Positions 51,378-64,000 of a stretch of DNA of 64,000 bases are shown one piece after another; position 1 is the first letter of the stretch, and each line of letters starts with the position of its first letter. Origin of the DNA: Callorhinchus milii (taxonomy: Eukaryota); NCBI RefSeq assembly GCF_018977255.1, contig NW_024704743.1:73224001-73288000 (forward strand), read 5' to 3'. The notes beneath the pieces were generated by a model. It worked only from the letters and a program-made list of their open reading frames with translations. It was not told the DNA's origin and did no database searches. The position numbers were made by a program, and so were the translations under genes.

Positions 51378-53019
51378 ATCCCTCCCTAGATCCCTCAAAT
51401 CCCAGCCACTACCGCCCTATTTCTAACCTCCATTTCCTCGCAAAAGTCCTCGAACGCGTTGTTGCAAATCAACTTCTCACACACTTCTCCTCCGGTTTTC
51501 TCTTAGAACCCCTCCAGTCTGGTTTCCGCTCTGCCCGCAGTACAGAGACTGTGCTTGTGAAAGTCACAAATGACATCCTCTCTCTCTGTGACCAGGGCTC
51601 CCTCTGCCTCCTTGTCCTCCTGGACCTCTCCTCCGTGTTCGACACAGTCGATCACGCCATCCTCCTCCACGGCCTTTCCTCGGTCATCCACCTCAGTGGG
51701 ACCGCACTCGCCTGGTTCGAGTCCTACCTCACACACCGCCAGCAGTACATCTGCACAAATGGCTTCTCCTGCTCTCACCTGGTTACCTGCTGGGTACCCC
51801 AAGGATCCATCCTTGCCCCCCCCTCTTTCTGATCTACATGCTCCCTCTTGGGGCTGTTATCCCCAGACATGAGGTACATGTATGCGGACGACACCCAACT
51901 CTATTTTTCCACCTCTCTTTGCGACCCCCAGTCCCCTGATGTTCTATCAGCCTGCCTGTCAGATCTCAGGGGCTGGATGAGCGCAGATTTCCATCAGCAG
52001 AACGTTGACAAGACGGAAGCCATACTCTTTGGCTCTCGTCAACGTCTAAAATCTCACGGTTCTCATCTCTTCCACCTACCCAACCTCTCCCTAAAACTTC
52101 CCGAACCCGTACGCAACCTTGGCGTCAGGTTCGATCCCCAATTATCCTTCCGGTTCCTCACCAGCATCACTTTCTTCCACCTCCGAAGCATCGCCCGTCT
52201 CCAGCAATACCTCACTCCAAAAGCCGCTGAAACCCTGGTCCATGCCTTTGTCACCTCTCGGCTGGACTATTCAAATGCCCACCTCGCCGGTCCACTACTA
52301 TCCATAGAATACAGATTATACAAAACTCTGCCGCCCGCATTCTTACCTGCACCAAACTCCGCTCCCTGATTACCCCAGTCCTTACCAGACTGCACTGGCT
52401 GCCTGTCCCAGAGAGGATCGACTTCAAGATCCTCACCCTTGTCTTCAAATCCCTCCACTCTTCTGCAACCCCCTAATAATAATAATAATAATAATCCTTG
52501 CATTTGATATAGTGCTTTTCACGTCGGGAGGACGTCCCAAAGCGCTTCACAGAACACACTGTAAAGTGAATTGACTGTATATTTGTGGGCGAACGCGGCA
52601 GCCAATTGCGCACAGCAATGTCCCACAAACAGTCGTAGATTGAAAATGACCAATTTATTATTGTTTTTTGTTTTGGAGGGATTATTATTAGGCGTGACCT
52701 CCTCTCTCCTCAAAACAGTGCCTGTTGCCTTCGTTCCACTGGGTCTGGCCTCCTCCTCGTCCCCCAAGTCCTCCGCTCCACCCTCGGTGGCCGTGCCTTC
52801 AGCCACTATGCCCCGAGGCTCTGGAACTGCCTTCCTCACTCCCTTCACCTCGTCCCCTCTCTTCCTATGTTCAGGTCTCTGCTGAAGACCTTTCTTTTCG
52901 ACCGCACCTTTGGTCACCTTCCTCCCCCTCCCCCTGGCTCGGCCCCGGGATCCGTTACTGTGAAGCGCTCTGAGATGCCGTCCGGCATGGATGGCGCTAT
53001 ATGAATCCAAGTTGTTGTT
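51378..53019 (+). mobile_element. L2 LINE, 5'-truncated, with nested SINE
   Basis: YRPISNL, LLDLSSVFDTVDH, YADDTQLY and second-family tail. Confidence 0.95.
52474..52696 (-). mobile_element. 5'-truncated short-subfamily SINE inside the L2
   Basis: Near-identical to the SINE body at 16770-16970. Confidence 0.93.
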
Positions 53020-53633
53020 ATGGAGAAAGGAAGGTGAGTCAACGTTTCGGGTCCACGACCATTCATCAAAACTGGGACATTTTGGGAGGGAGAGGCTTCT
53101 AAGGGCTAACAGAGAGGGGGGAGGCAGGGCAAGGAAGACAGGAGAAAATGTGGTAGAGAACAAGGGATGATGGGCTAAAGAGGTGTTAATGATGCAGAAC
53201 AAAGTGGGAGATTGCAACAAAGCAGGGGTAAAGAGGTGTTAATACTGCAGAACAAAAGGGGGGGGGAATAATTTGCAATAAAACAGGCAGATCAGGGAAA
53301 GAAAAGGTGTGTCTGGGACCAAGAAGAGGGGGAGGGGAAGGTGAGCTGTTATGATCTGAAATTGTTGAAATCAATTGTTGAAGGAAAATGTATTGTCTTT
53401 TACGTGTGCACGGAGTGGAATTGATTAACATGTTGGATTTGCATTTGACTTTGAATTTGTAGCAGAGCACTGGTCCAGCCCCACCTGGACTACCATATAC
53501 AAATGGCTTGTTGTGTACAGCAGGGACAACTTGGCTATGGAGAGGGTACAGACAAGGACAAGTAAATTAATAGCTGAAATTACCTGACACCTGAGTTCCA
53601 TGGAGAAGCTTCAGAAGTTCTAAATAGTCACAC

Positions 53634-54328
53634 TAATAATAATGATAATAATAATAATAATAATCCTTGCATTTGATATAGCACTTCACGTCTTCCAGAC
53701 GTCTTCCCCAAGGCTCTGGAACTCTATCCCCTGGTGCCTTCGCCTTGGTGCCTTCGCCTTGCTTCCTCCCTTTCCTCCTTCAAGGCCGGTCTCAAGACCT
53801 TTCTCTTTGACCGTGCCTTCAGCTCCCCTCTCGACTCTCTACCCCTCTTGCTCCCTCCCTTCCCTCCCCTCACCCTGACCATTTCCCCCCTCCTCGCTCC
53901 CTCCCTTCACTCCACTCACCCTGACCATTTCCCCCCTCCTCGCTCCCTCCCTCCCCTCACCCTGACCATTTCCCCCCTGCTCGGGTCCTGACCCAACTGT
54001 ACAGCGCCTTGGGACGTCCTCCCGACGTGAAAGCCGCTCTATAAATGTAATCTTGTTGTTGTTGTCTCAAAACCCTTCGCAGAATATACTGCAAAGTGAA
54101 TTGACTGTATATTTGTGGGCAAAACGTGGCACCAATTGCGCATAGCAGTGTCCCACAAACATTGGATTGAAGTGACCAATGTTTATTATTATTGTTTTTT
54201 GGTTTTGGAGGGATTATTATTAGGCGTGTGGAGTAAGGAAACTTGCCCAAGGTTTTGTCCTGCCTGGAATTGAACTCAGGTCTCTCGCTTGCAAGGCGAG
54301 TGCTCTAACCACTGAGCTACAGGACTCC
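53634..54328 (-). mobile_element. SINE split by an L2 (53634-53704 and 54065-54328)
   Basis: The halves rejoin at ...ccagacgtct|caaa... Confidence 0.9.
53705..54064 (+). mobile_element. L2 3' end inside the SINE
   Basis: Near-identical to 10272-10530, with internal tandem duplications. Confidence 0.92.
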
Positions 54329-54669
54329 TACTTGAAGAGAAGATTCAGACTAGATACTATTCAGCTATTCAATGAGCAAAAGGATATAGATAAGCACAAT
54401 CTGATTTTAATATGTTCAAAAAAACACTACAAGGGGAAACAGACTCAAGTTAATGAGAGGGAAGGTGAAGGGATAGTTTAGATTTAATTACACAGATGGG
54501 TGAATATGTGGGGTGAACAATCTAGGGAAGTAGTGCAGATAGTTTGTGTCAGCAAATTCAAGAAGAAATTAGATAACTATCTGGCAAAGAAAATGAGTGA
54601 TACGAGAGATAAAGGAGTGCATAATTATTTTATTTGGGAACTGGCTACAAGGCCTGCAGTAATCTCGTC

Positions 54670-54985
54670 TGGTCCTGTAGCTCAGTGGTTAGAGCGCTCG
54701 CTTTGCAAGCAAGAGACCTGGGTTCGATTCCTGGCAGGGCAAAACATTGAGCAAGTTTTCTTACTCCACACATCCCTGTTTATCTAGCAGTAAGTAGAAA
54801 CCTGGTTGTTAGTCGATCGGCAGATTGCTTTTCCGGGGCTAGTAATTCCTTTAAAAAAATTGTTCACTCAATCCGGCAATTGGCTGCCACGTTTCGCCCA
54901 AAAGTTGTATATTCCGTAAAGTGCTTCAGTCGTCTTGAAGACATGATAAGGCACTATATCAAATGCAAGGATTATTATTATTATT
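54670..54985 (+). mobile_element. tRNA-derived SINE, long subfamily
   Basis: Head to tail with internal deletions. Confidence 0.88.
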
Positions 54986-55067
54986 CCTATGTCTCTGAGT
55001 CCAAAATCCAGATCCATGTCAGCTGAAGTCTGAATCTGAATTCTGCATGTACAAAAAGACTTTAAAC

Positions 55068-55274
55068 CAGTTTAAACCTTTATGGTTGGCCTGCCAAAAA
55101 AACCTTTATGGTTGGCCCCCAAAAAATCTTGATTGAATATTTCTTGATTTATGCCATAAATCGTGAATTATTCAATCAAGAAAAACACTGAGAACACCCT
55201 AAGGATTGAACACAATCCTCTTGACGGCCCCGTGGGCCACTTTCGACCAGCGGGCCACAGGTTGGCCCCCACTG
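55068..55274 (-). mobile_element. hAT-type MITE
   Basis: Ends gggccacaggttggcccccactg; flanks ctttaaac / ttttaaat. Confidence 0.72.
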
Positions 55275-55736
55275 TTTTAAATAGTGCCTCTCAAAATAAA
55301 CTATCAAGGATTGGGTGAATGCATGACTACAACCTGACTGTCTGACATGTGCTTATAGTGGGATTTTCCAATTACTCGCCAGTAGGTTCAGGAGATTTAC
55401 CAATTCAGAGAAAATTGGACTCTATGTGAGTGACAGATAACTTCTTCTTGATATACTAATCCAAACTGGTATGTAGAATTTTGCAGGATGTGTTCTATCT
55501 CATCTACCTAGTGATTTTCTACTTGAACTGTCACCACAATTCATCAAGTGAGTTGCTACAGGCCAGCACTGAATAGAAATAGAAACATAGTATAATGTAG
55601 CAGGCAGGAGTGGACCATTGATCCATTTTGCTTACTCATTCCAGGTTCACACAAGATTCATTTAGCATATCTGTCTCATCAGCCAATAAATCTGAATCCT
55701 TTTTATTTCCACAAAATTATCTACTTAATTTTTTAA

Positions 55737-56400
55737 ACCATGCCCCGAAACTCTGGAACTCTCTCTCTCAATCCCTCCGCCTTTACCCCTCCTTCCCCAC
55801 TTTCAAATCCTGCCTAAAGACCTTCCTTTTTGATTATGCTTACGGTCACTTGCCCCCTCCCTCTCCCTCTTGGCTAGGTCTCTGACTCCGCCACTGTCAA
55901 GCGCTCTGGAACGCTACCCTGTGTGAAGGGCACAATATAAATGCAAATTGTTGTTGCCCGACTCCACTGATTTCCCATCACACACAGGATACAGTTCAAG
56001 ATCCTGGTACTTCAAAGCCTTCCATGGCCTTGCTCACCCCTACCTCTGTGACATCCTAACTCCCTACCAACCTGCCCACTTCCTCTGCTCAGGGGGCTCC
56101 AGCCTGTTTTACGTCCCCGCCTTGCCTGTCCAACCATTGGCTTGCAGACCTTCTGCCACTCTGCCCCCACCCTCTGGAACTCCATGCTGCATTCCCTCTG
56201 CCTTGCCCTCTCCCTTGCCTATTTCAAGACCCGTTTCAAGACGCTCCTCTTCGACAGTGCCTTCAACCCTCCTTCCCCCCTGCCCTCCACCTACCCCAAT
56301 CCCAAACCCCAGCTTGGGTCCAAAACACTGACTGTCCAGCGCCTTGGGACGTCCTCCCGACGTGAAAGGCACTTTACAAATGTAATTTTTTTCTTGTTGT
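55737..56400 (+). mobile_element. Two tandem L2 3' ends (55737-55955 and 55955-56400)
   Basis: APKLWNSL..FKSCLKTFLF and APTLWNS..FKTRFKTLLF, each with its own tail. Confidence 0.9.
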
Positions 56401-56918
56401 TGGTTTCGTACTTATCAAGTCTCTCTGAATGTGCAACTTAAAAAAAAGCAATATTTTTCATATGATTGTCAGTTTTGACAGAAACTACTTGAGAGTTAAA
56501 TCCACTGGTAATTGAGATGCTGCACTGCTCCTTAAACAATATGCATTATTTCATTGTTTGTTTCTGATTTTTTAGATAAACTCAGAAGGAACAACCATCT
56601 CCCTCAGGAGTTTTATACTCTGAATTCATGTGAGATATCAGTCGTTTCTCTCCATTATATTTTGTACAGACGTTTGAACGGTTTTGATGGGTTAAATAGA
56701 GGGCTACTGTATTTCCACTGATCAGTGAGTCAGTTCCTATAGGGCATAAATTAAAGATTATCATCGAAAGACCAAAGGGGATGGTTAGCAGAAATATTGT
56801 TATACCGAAGTTTGTTAAAATGTGGAATGCTTCACTTCAAATAACTGCTAAGGTGAGTCTCTTTTAGATGCTACCATTGTAGCATTTAAAAGGAAATTGA
56901 ATAAATATGTAAAGAGAA

Positions 56919-57245
56919 ATAATAATCAATAATAATGATAATAATAATCGTTGCATTTGATATAGTGCTTTTCACGTCTTCTAGATGTCTCAAAGCACTT
57001 CACAGAATATACTGTAAAGTGAATTGACTATATTTGTGGGTGAACTGCAGCAACCAATTGGGCACAGCAGTGTCCCACAAATAGTCGTGGATTGAGTGAC
57101 CAAATTGTTATTGCTTTTTTTTCTTGGGGGACTATTATCAGGCGTGTAGAGTAAGGAAACTTGCCAAGGTTTCACCTTGCCGGGAATCAAACCCAGGTCT
57201 CTTGCTTGCAAGGCTAGTGCTCTAACCACTGAGCTACAGGACTCC
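56919..57245 (-). mobile_element. tRNA-derived SINE, short form
   Basis: Full-length reverse complement. Confidence 0.92.
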
Positions 57246-57677
57246 ACCATGGTATGTACAGTGATGTACATAAATCCTTAAAGGCAAGTGGACAGAGTTG
57301 TGAAGCGGATTATATATTTATTCTGTCTGTCTGTCTATTATATCTCAACGGAAAGGTCTTGCATGGGGGAGTGTCATGGGTATATTTTTTTGCGGGGGAT
57401 CTCCTATCGTTGATGAGCTATATTAAAAACAAATATGAGGTATGCCTGGTATTCTTCAACCAAGTATTGACAGAGGAAATCACACACGCTTCGAGAGAAA
57501 TACATCTTCCATACTAATAAAGATGAAATGTTGGTCTGTGTGTCTGTCCGCCAATAACACAATAACCGATTGATTTAGAGACATGATTTATATCTCATAC
57601 CTTATTTATCAGAAAGGTCTTGCATGGGGGAGTGTCATGGCATTTTTTTTGGGGGGATCTCCTATTGTGATCTAAAC

Positions 57678-57870
57678 AAGCTCATCACACATGTATGTTG
57701 AAGCTCATCACACATGTATGTTGAAGCTCATCACACATGTATGTCCTCCTTACAGGAGTCCTCCCAATCAGGAGTCCTCCCAACCAGGAGACCTCCCAAC
57801 CAGGAGACCTCCCACTGAGACCTCCCACTGAGTCTTCCCAACAGGAATCCTCCCACAGGAGTCCTCCCAA
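57678..57870. repeat. Two adjacent minisatellites
   Basis: 23-bp aagctcatcacacatgtatgttg x about 2.9 (57678-57744), then 14-16 bp caggagWcctcccaac-type units (57753-57870). Confidence 0.9.
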
Positions 57871-57939
57871 AAAGGATATGTGTGCAAATATCTGAACAAG
57901 GGATGCTAACGAGTTCAATAGAACACTTCTTAATCTTAA

Positions 57940-58540
57940 CAATAACAACAACAACAAAATTACATTTATATAGTGCCTTTTGTGGTGGGAGGATGTCCCA
58001 AAGTGCAGGACATTCAGTGTCCAGGACCTTGGAGAGGGAAGGGAGGTTGGAGATGGGGGGGTAGTTTAGGAGTAGGGATGGGTCCAGGAGGATTTTTTAA
58101 GCATAGGAGTGATGACGTTGGTTTTTAATGGGGTGAGAACAGTACTAGGACAGGGAGAGGTTTATGATTCAGTGAGTAGAGGGAGGTGGGAGGTAAGAAG
58201 AGGGTTAGGGATGGGGTCAAGGGAGCAGGTGGTGGTTTTCATGCAGGTTATGGTAGTGATGAAAGAGGAGGGGGAGACAGGTTTGAAGGTGTGGAGGGAG
58301 GGTAGGGTAGGGGTTGGGGTGGGATGGGGAGATGGGGAGGGGGTAGCAGATGGAATGGTAGAGGCAGCTGAGTGGATCCCTTCGACTTTGGATTCGAGGA
58401 AGTCCAGCATCGCCTCACAGTTGGAGTTGGAGGAGAGAATGGACGAGGCATGAGAGGATGGGCAGAGGAGCTGGTTTGTGATAGAGAAGAGGAGCCTGGG
58501 GTTGTCCTTAGCCTCCAAGATTGTCTTGGAATAGAACAAT
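57940..58540 (-). mobile_element. L2 tail plus ORF2 pre-RT fragment
   Basis: AKDNPRLLFSITNQLL and TTCSLDPIP. Confidence 0.88.
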
Positions 58541-59149
58541 GAGCCAAATGGATGAGGTTTGTGTTATCTCCGTGTAAATGTAAACACTTTACAATCATAA
58601 AACATGTGACATTATGAATCCTGCTTTAATTGCAACATTTGTTGTTTCAGAGTTTCAAATTGTACTCCACTGGAATTAATTTGACAGCCATTGCATTCTC
58701 CCTATGGATAGAAAACCCATCAGCAAGTGTCCCTTAATGTCAAGGTTCATAAAAAGGCCTGGGACCTTCAGGCATTTTGATATCCTAAATGGTATTATGA
58801 TACCTTAATCTTGCTTCTATTGAGCCCACGTCATCTTGTGACCTTATGTTCTTGTGCTTATGATTGCGTTTGGCACAACTGGGTTGATATTTAACTTACT
58901 GTTAAAAATGGCTTTTAAGATTTTGATAAACTTTATCAATTTTTTTTCAGTAAAGTAACCAAATCACAGGAGTGCTCGGCTTAAACTTTGAATGGTGGAA
59001 ATGCAATTGTAAGATTAACAAAATTATAATTGTCAGTTAGAAGGTAACTCCACCAATGAGATTTTAATATTGTTAAAATATTTTAACTGTACAATTAAGC
59101 AACATAAAATTAAAAGTTTCAGTAATGTAGCTGAGATAATAAGATTTAT

Positions 59150-60955
59150 ACATTAAGAGGAATAGGCTAATGAGGGTAAATGTAGGTCCACTTCAGTCAG
59201 AGCCGGGAGAAGTTGTAATGAGGGATAAGGACATGGCAGAGTCCCTAAATGGGTACTTTGCATCTGTCTTCACCCTAGAAGACACAACAAGTCTGCCAAC
59301 AATAGAGATGCACCAAGAGGATAAGGACAGGGACTAACTTAGGGAAATTTTCATTAGTAGAGAATTGGTGCAAGGGAAACTGTTAGCACTAAAAAGTGAC
59401 AAATACCCTGGTCCGGATGGCTTGCATCCGAGGGTTTTAAAAGAGGTAGCTTATGAGATAGTGGAGGCCTTGTGTCTGATCTTCCAAAATTCCTTGGATT
59501 CTGGAACAGTCCCCATGGATTGGAAGATCGCAAATGTCACACCACTATTTAAAAAAGGTGGAAAGGAAAAGATGGGGAATTATAGGCGAGTTAGTCTCAC
59601 ATCACTGATGGGAAAAATTTTAGAATCGTTGATTAAGGATGTGGTAATGCGGTATCTAGCGGAGCACAATATAATTAGGCCAAGTTAACATGGCTTTACA
59701 AAAGGGAAGTCATGTTTGACAAATCTCATAGAATTTTTTGAGGATATTTTGAGTAAACTAGATAAGGGTGAATCAGTGGATGTGGTCGATTTGGACTTAC
59801 AGAAGGCATTCGATAAGGTGCTGCATAAAAGATTAGTCCAAAAGATAGGGGCCCATGGAATTGGGGGGAGCATATTAACGTGGATTGGGGAATGGTTAAT
59901 TGATAGGAAACAAAGAATAGGGATAAACGGGTCATTTTCAGATTGACGGGATGTGACTAATGGAGTGCCACAAGGATCAGTCCTTGGGCCTCAGCTATTT
60001 ACCACTGCATCAACTATTTAGATGAGGACATCGAATTTAATATATCTAAATTCGCGGCTGACACAAAACTAGGAGGAAGTGTCAACACAGAGGATGACAT
60101 TAAAAAAATACAGCGCGACATAGATAGGTTAGGTGATTGGGCAGGTAGGTGGCAGATGAAGTATAATGTAGGGAAGTGCGAAGTCATCCACCTAGGTAGC
60201 AAAAACAGTAGAGCGGGTTATTTTTTAGAAGGGGAGAGATTGGAATGTGTTAGTGTCCAGAGGGACTTGGGTGTCCTTGTACACCAATCACAGAAAGTTA
60301 GTCTGCAGGCGCAGCAGCAATTAGGAAGGCGAACGGTATGTTAGCATTCATTATGAAAGGATTAGAGTATAAGAGTAGGGAAGTCTTGCTGCAACTGTAT
60401 AGGGCCCTGGTGAGACCACACCTGTGTGCAGTTTTGGTCTCCTTATTTAAGGAAGGATGTACTTGCCTTGGAGGGGGTGCAGCGTAGATTTACTAGGTTA
60501 GTACCAGGGATGAAGGGGATGAGTTACAAGGATAGGCTGACCAATTTGGGCCTATATTCTCTAGAATATAGAAGAATTAGAGGGGATCTTATAGAAACCT
60601 ATAAGATCATCAAAGGGCATGATAGAGTAGATAGTGGGAGATTGTTTCCCCTGGTTGGAGAAACTAAAACCAGGGGTCACAACCTTAAAATCAGAGGCCA
60701 GCCCTTTTGCACTGAGTTGAGGAAGAACTTCTTCACTCAAAGGGTGGTGAATGTATGGAACTCACTACCCCAAAGGGCTGTTGATGCTCAGTCCTTGAAC
60801 ATATTCAAGACTGAGATAGATATAGTTCTTATTGCAAAAGGGATTAAGGGATATGGAGATAAGGCAGGGCTATGTTATTAGCTGGAGTTAGATTAGAAGA
60901 TCAGCCATGATTGAATGGCGGGGCAGGCTCGAAGGGCCGAATGGTCTACTCCTAC
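59150..60955 (+). mobile_element. CR1 LINE, 5'-truncated (about 1.8 kb), inactive
   Basis: [36 protein letters not shown] (catalytic FADD altered to FAAD), QFWSPYLRKD and FTQRVVNVWNSLP, with stops, frameshifts and a CR1 3' UTR. Confidence 0.96.
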
Positions 60956-61392
60956 AAAATGTTTTTTTTGACATAATAGCTCCACCAATCCACCAAGTTT
61001 CCACAAAAGTGCTCTGGGACATGACCTTGCATGAGGGGTGCTATATAAATAGAAGTTTTTATTGTTGTTTGAAAGGTGGTGTGGCACTACTGTAGTTGAG
61101 CAGGCAGTTATAGAATGATTCAGTATTTTTGGTGTGGCTTGGCAGCACTTCATTTGCACCCAGTGCAAATGAGACAGTAAGTAGTGGCATAAACCAAAAT
61201 AGGTGTATGATGTATAAGGTACTTTTAAGTCCATGTAGGAAGTCAAGAAGAAAATATATGACTAGAGGAAAAGTGACAAGTTAAGAGGCTTCATCTTATT
61301 GTGTAATAAAACTGCAAGATCACGTTATTATGGAAATGTGGTGATTTAACTTGCAATGAACATACCATGAAGGGAGATTAAATGTTCGAAAG

Positions 61393-61593
61393 TAATGGTG
61401 GCCAACCAATGGCCCCCAGTGGTGTCAAGAAGTGGCCTGACAAACATTTGCAGTGGACTGGGAAATCTGTCTTAAATCCATATTTTGTTTCAAGTAGCTA
61501 CTGCTTAATGATATTGATGGTGTGGCCATAAATCAAGTATTCAGTCAAGAAATGTGTATTTGGTTGGCCGACAAAAAAGGTTGGCTACCGCTG
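61393..61593 (+). mobile_element. hAT-type MITE
   Basis: taatggtggccaacc ... ggttggctaccgctg. Confidence 0.75.
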
Positions 61594-61996
61594 TTTTAAG
61601 GAAAGAATTCTTCATGGACCAGATTATTGTATCGCTATCATTACTGTTTATTTGTTCAGAGTGAAAAAAATGCACAGTTGAAGAGTCTAGAGGTAAACAT
61701 CATATGCTCTACACTTCAAATAACCTGCAATTATATAAGAAGGGCATAGTGGATTAGTAGACAAGAAAAGCATGGAAGACATGGGGATCAAATCTGGAAA
61801 ATTATGCAGTTAGACTCCAGTTGGGCTTTTAGAAAGATTATTCAGTTGTCGTAGGAATACAGAGGAGGGCTGTAACATTAGTTTCAAAACCTGGGCGACA
61901 GAACTATAAGGAAAGATTGGTTATTTAAAGACGTATCCGTTCTTCAACAAGGAAGACTGAGGATGGAGCTGAATGATGATGGAAGATGATGGTAAA

Positions 61997-62345
61997 AATA
62001 ATAATCCTTGCATTTGCTATAGCACCTTATCACGTCTTCACAAAATATATTGCAAAGTAAATTGACTGTATATTTTAAGGGCGGAACTTGGCAGCCAATT
62101 GCACCCAGCAATGATCCACAAACAATGGTGAATTGAGTGACCAAATTATTTTTTTTTTAAATGTTGATGGAATTATTGCCCCAAGAAAAGTGATTTGTGA
62201 ATTGACTAACAACTGGGTTCTTACTTACTGCTACGCAAACAGAGGCGAGTGGAGTAATGAAACTTGCCTAACGTTTCGCCCTGCCCAGGAATTAAACCCA
62301 GGTCCTCTCGCTTGCAAGGTGAGCTCTCTAAGCAGTATGCTACAG
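61997..62345 (-). mobile_element. tRNA-derived SINE, long subfamily
   Basis: Reverse complement, degenerate. Confidence 0.88.
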
Positions 62346-62428
62346 ACCTTCACGACAGGACAGAACCTCCAACAATGCAGCACTCCCTCAGCACTAAATT
62401 GGAGTGTCAGCCTATGGTGTCGATAAAG

Positions 62429-62735
62429 TGGAGTCCTGTAGCTCAGTGGTTAGAGCACTCGCCTTGCAAGCGAGAGACCTGAGTTCAATTCCAGGCAGGA
62501 CGAAACCTTGGGCAAGTTTCCTTACTCCACACAGAGCCTAATAATAATCCCTCCAACACAAAACAATAATAAATTGGTCATTTTCAATCCACGACTGTTT
62601 GTGGGACATTGCTGTGCGCAATTGGCTGCCGCGTTTGCCCACAAATATACAGTCAATTCACTTTACTTGAAATACTTTGAGACGTCGAGAAGACATGAAA
62701 AGCGCTATATCAAATGCAAGGATTATTATTATTAT
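62429..62735 (+). mobile_element. tRNA-derived SINE, short subfamily
   Basis: Full-length copy. Confidence 0.93.
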
Positions 62736-62759
62736 AAAGAGTTTGCAAAATTTTGCTTC

Positions 62760-63520
62760 AGATATACGGAATCTTGGCGTCCTGTTCGATCCTCAACTGT
62801 CCCTCATACCCCACATCTATGCCATGATCCGCTCTGCCTTTCCCCACCTCTGCACAACATCACCCGACTCCACCACTGTCTCACACCGCAGGCTACCGGG
62901 ACACTCATACATAACATCCATGCTCGACTATGCAAACTCCCTGCTTGTTGGCCTCCCTAACTCCTCCCTCCATAGGCTGCAGATCATCCAGAACTCTGCA
63001 GCCTGTGACCTCTCCTGCACCAGGCTCCGTGACCCTATCACCTCTATCCTCGCTCGACTCCACTGGCTTCCCATCACTCATAGGATACAGTTCTAGATCC
63101 TGGTCCTCACTTTCAAAGCCCTTCATGGCCTTGCTCCTCCCTATCTTTGTGACCTCCTAACTCTCTACCATCCTGCCTGACCTCCCCGCTCAGCAGGCTC
63201 CGGCCTGCTTCACGTCCCCCGTCTCGCCCACTCCACCTTTGGTAGGTGGGGCTTCAGCCACTCTGTCCCGACCCTCTGGAACCCCATCCCGCAGTTCCTC
63301 TGCCTCACCCACTCCCTTGCCTCCTTCAAGACCCATTTTAAGATCCTCCTCTTCAACTGTGCCTTCGGTCACCCCCTTTCCGCCCCTGCCCTCCACCCTC
63401 CCCGATATTGACCCCCAGTCTGAGGCCCCAGGCTCGGTTCCGAAACACTGATTGTCCAGCGCCTTGGGATATCCTGATGTGAAAGGCTCTATACTAATGT
63501 CATTTTGTTGTTCTTGTTTT
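62760..63520 (+). mobile_element. L2 3' fragment
   Basis: [27 protein letters not shown] and tail. Confidence 0.93.
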
Positions 63521-64000
63521 CTGTATGATTCAAGGGGTGTTAGCTTCAAAAATAAGGATGACATAAGAAATATACGAGAGATTTATTTTGGTAAAAGAGT
63601 GATAGGCATGCGGAACAGGTTATCAACATAAGTGGTAGAGCAAACTACAAAGAGAAGAGTTTCAAGAAGGACTAGATTAATTCTTTCAACTATTCAGTAT
63701 CAGGATTCAAAGGAATCAGGGCTATTGGATTTAGAAACGGATCCATCAAATGAAAATATTGGGAAATTGGACAGTAGAATAGATGAATTAATGGTCTATT
63801 CCTACCTGATATTGTTACTGTCAGTGTGCACCTTGGAGGAAAAGAAAAAATGATAACGACTACCATATGATTTCAACATTTGAATTTCACTATATGATAC
63901 ATCAGGGTTACAATAATAGTAATCTTTGCATTAGATATAGTCATGAAAGTGCTTCACAGGATTTACTGTGAAGTGTAGGATATGTGTATTTTTTATAGGC

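Larger units (their letters stand above)
51322..53385 (-). mobile_element. Penelope-like element 3' end (51322-51377 and 53021-53385) split by an L2
   Basis: aaacagaagtcgctgg..cagcaggccaggcagcatc joins to tggagaaagg..aacgtttcgggtc..catcaaaactgg; minus-strand ORF end PSTIDFNNFRS*. Based on recalled shark Penelope termini. Confidence 0.65.

Noticed and set aside
57678..57870. Short repeats superficially like a CRISPR array
   Set aside because: Head-to-tail units with no unique spacers, in vertebrate DNA with no cas genes.

Overview
Repeat-rich vertebrate genomic DNA. The SINE/L2/CR1/Penelope repertoire points to a cartilaginous fish, most likely a holocephalan such as Callorhinchus milii (inferred, not searched). 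Much of the window is decayed transposons: tRNA-derived CORE/Deu-type SINEs (two young subfamilies plus an older SacSINE1-like DeuSINE), at least two L2 families, CR1 fragments (one 1.8 kb), hAT MITEs, a Penelope-like end, a Harbinger transposase fossil and an unclassified long-inverted-repeat element. One gene is recognisable: the first coding exon of a ZNF804-family gene (probably ZNF804B) at 31672-31782 (+). The rest of the window appears to be its first intron. The main new observation is a hand-assembled, phase-consistent multi-exon gene on the minus strand. It starts 853 bp from the ZNF804 ATG, head-to-head, with its own TATA and Inr, and would encode an unrecognised signal-peptide-bearing, N-glycosylated protein with an RKKR site. 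This gene model comes from splice signals and frames read by eye and needs RNA or homology confirmation. Repeat boundaries are approximate.
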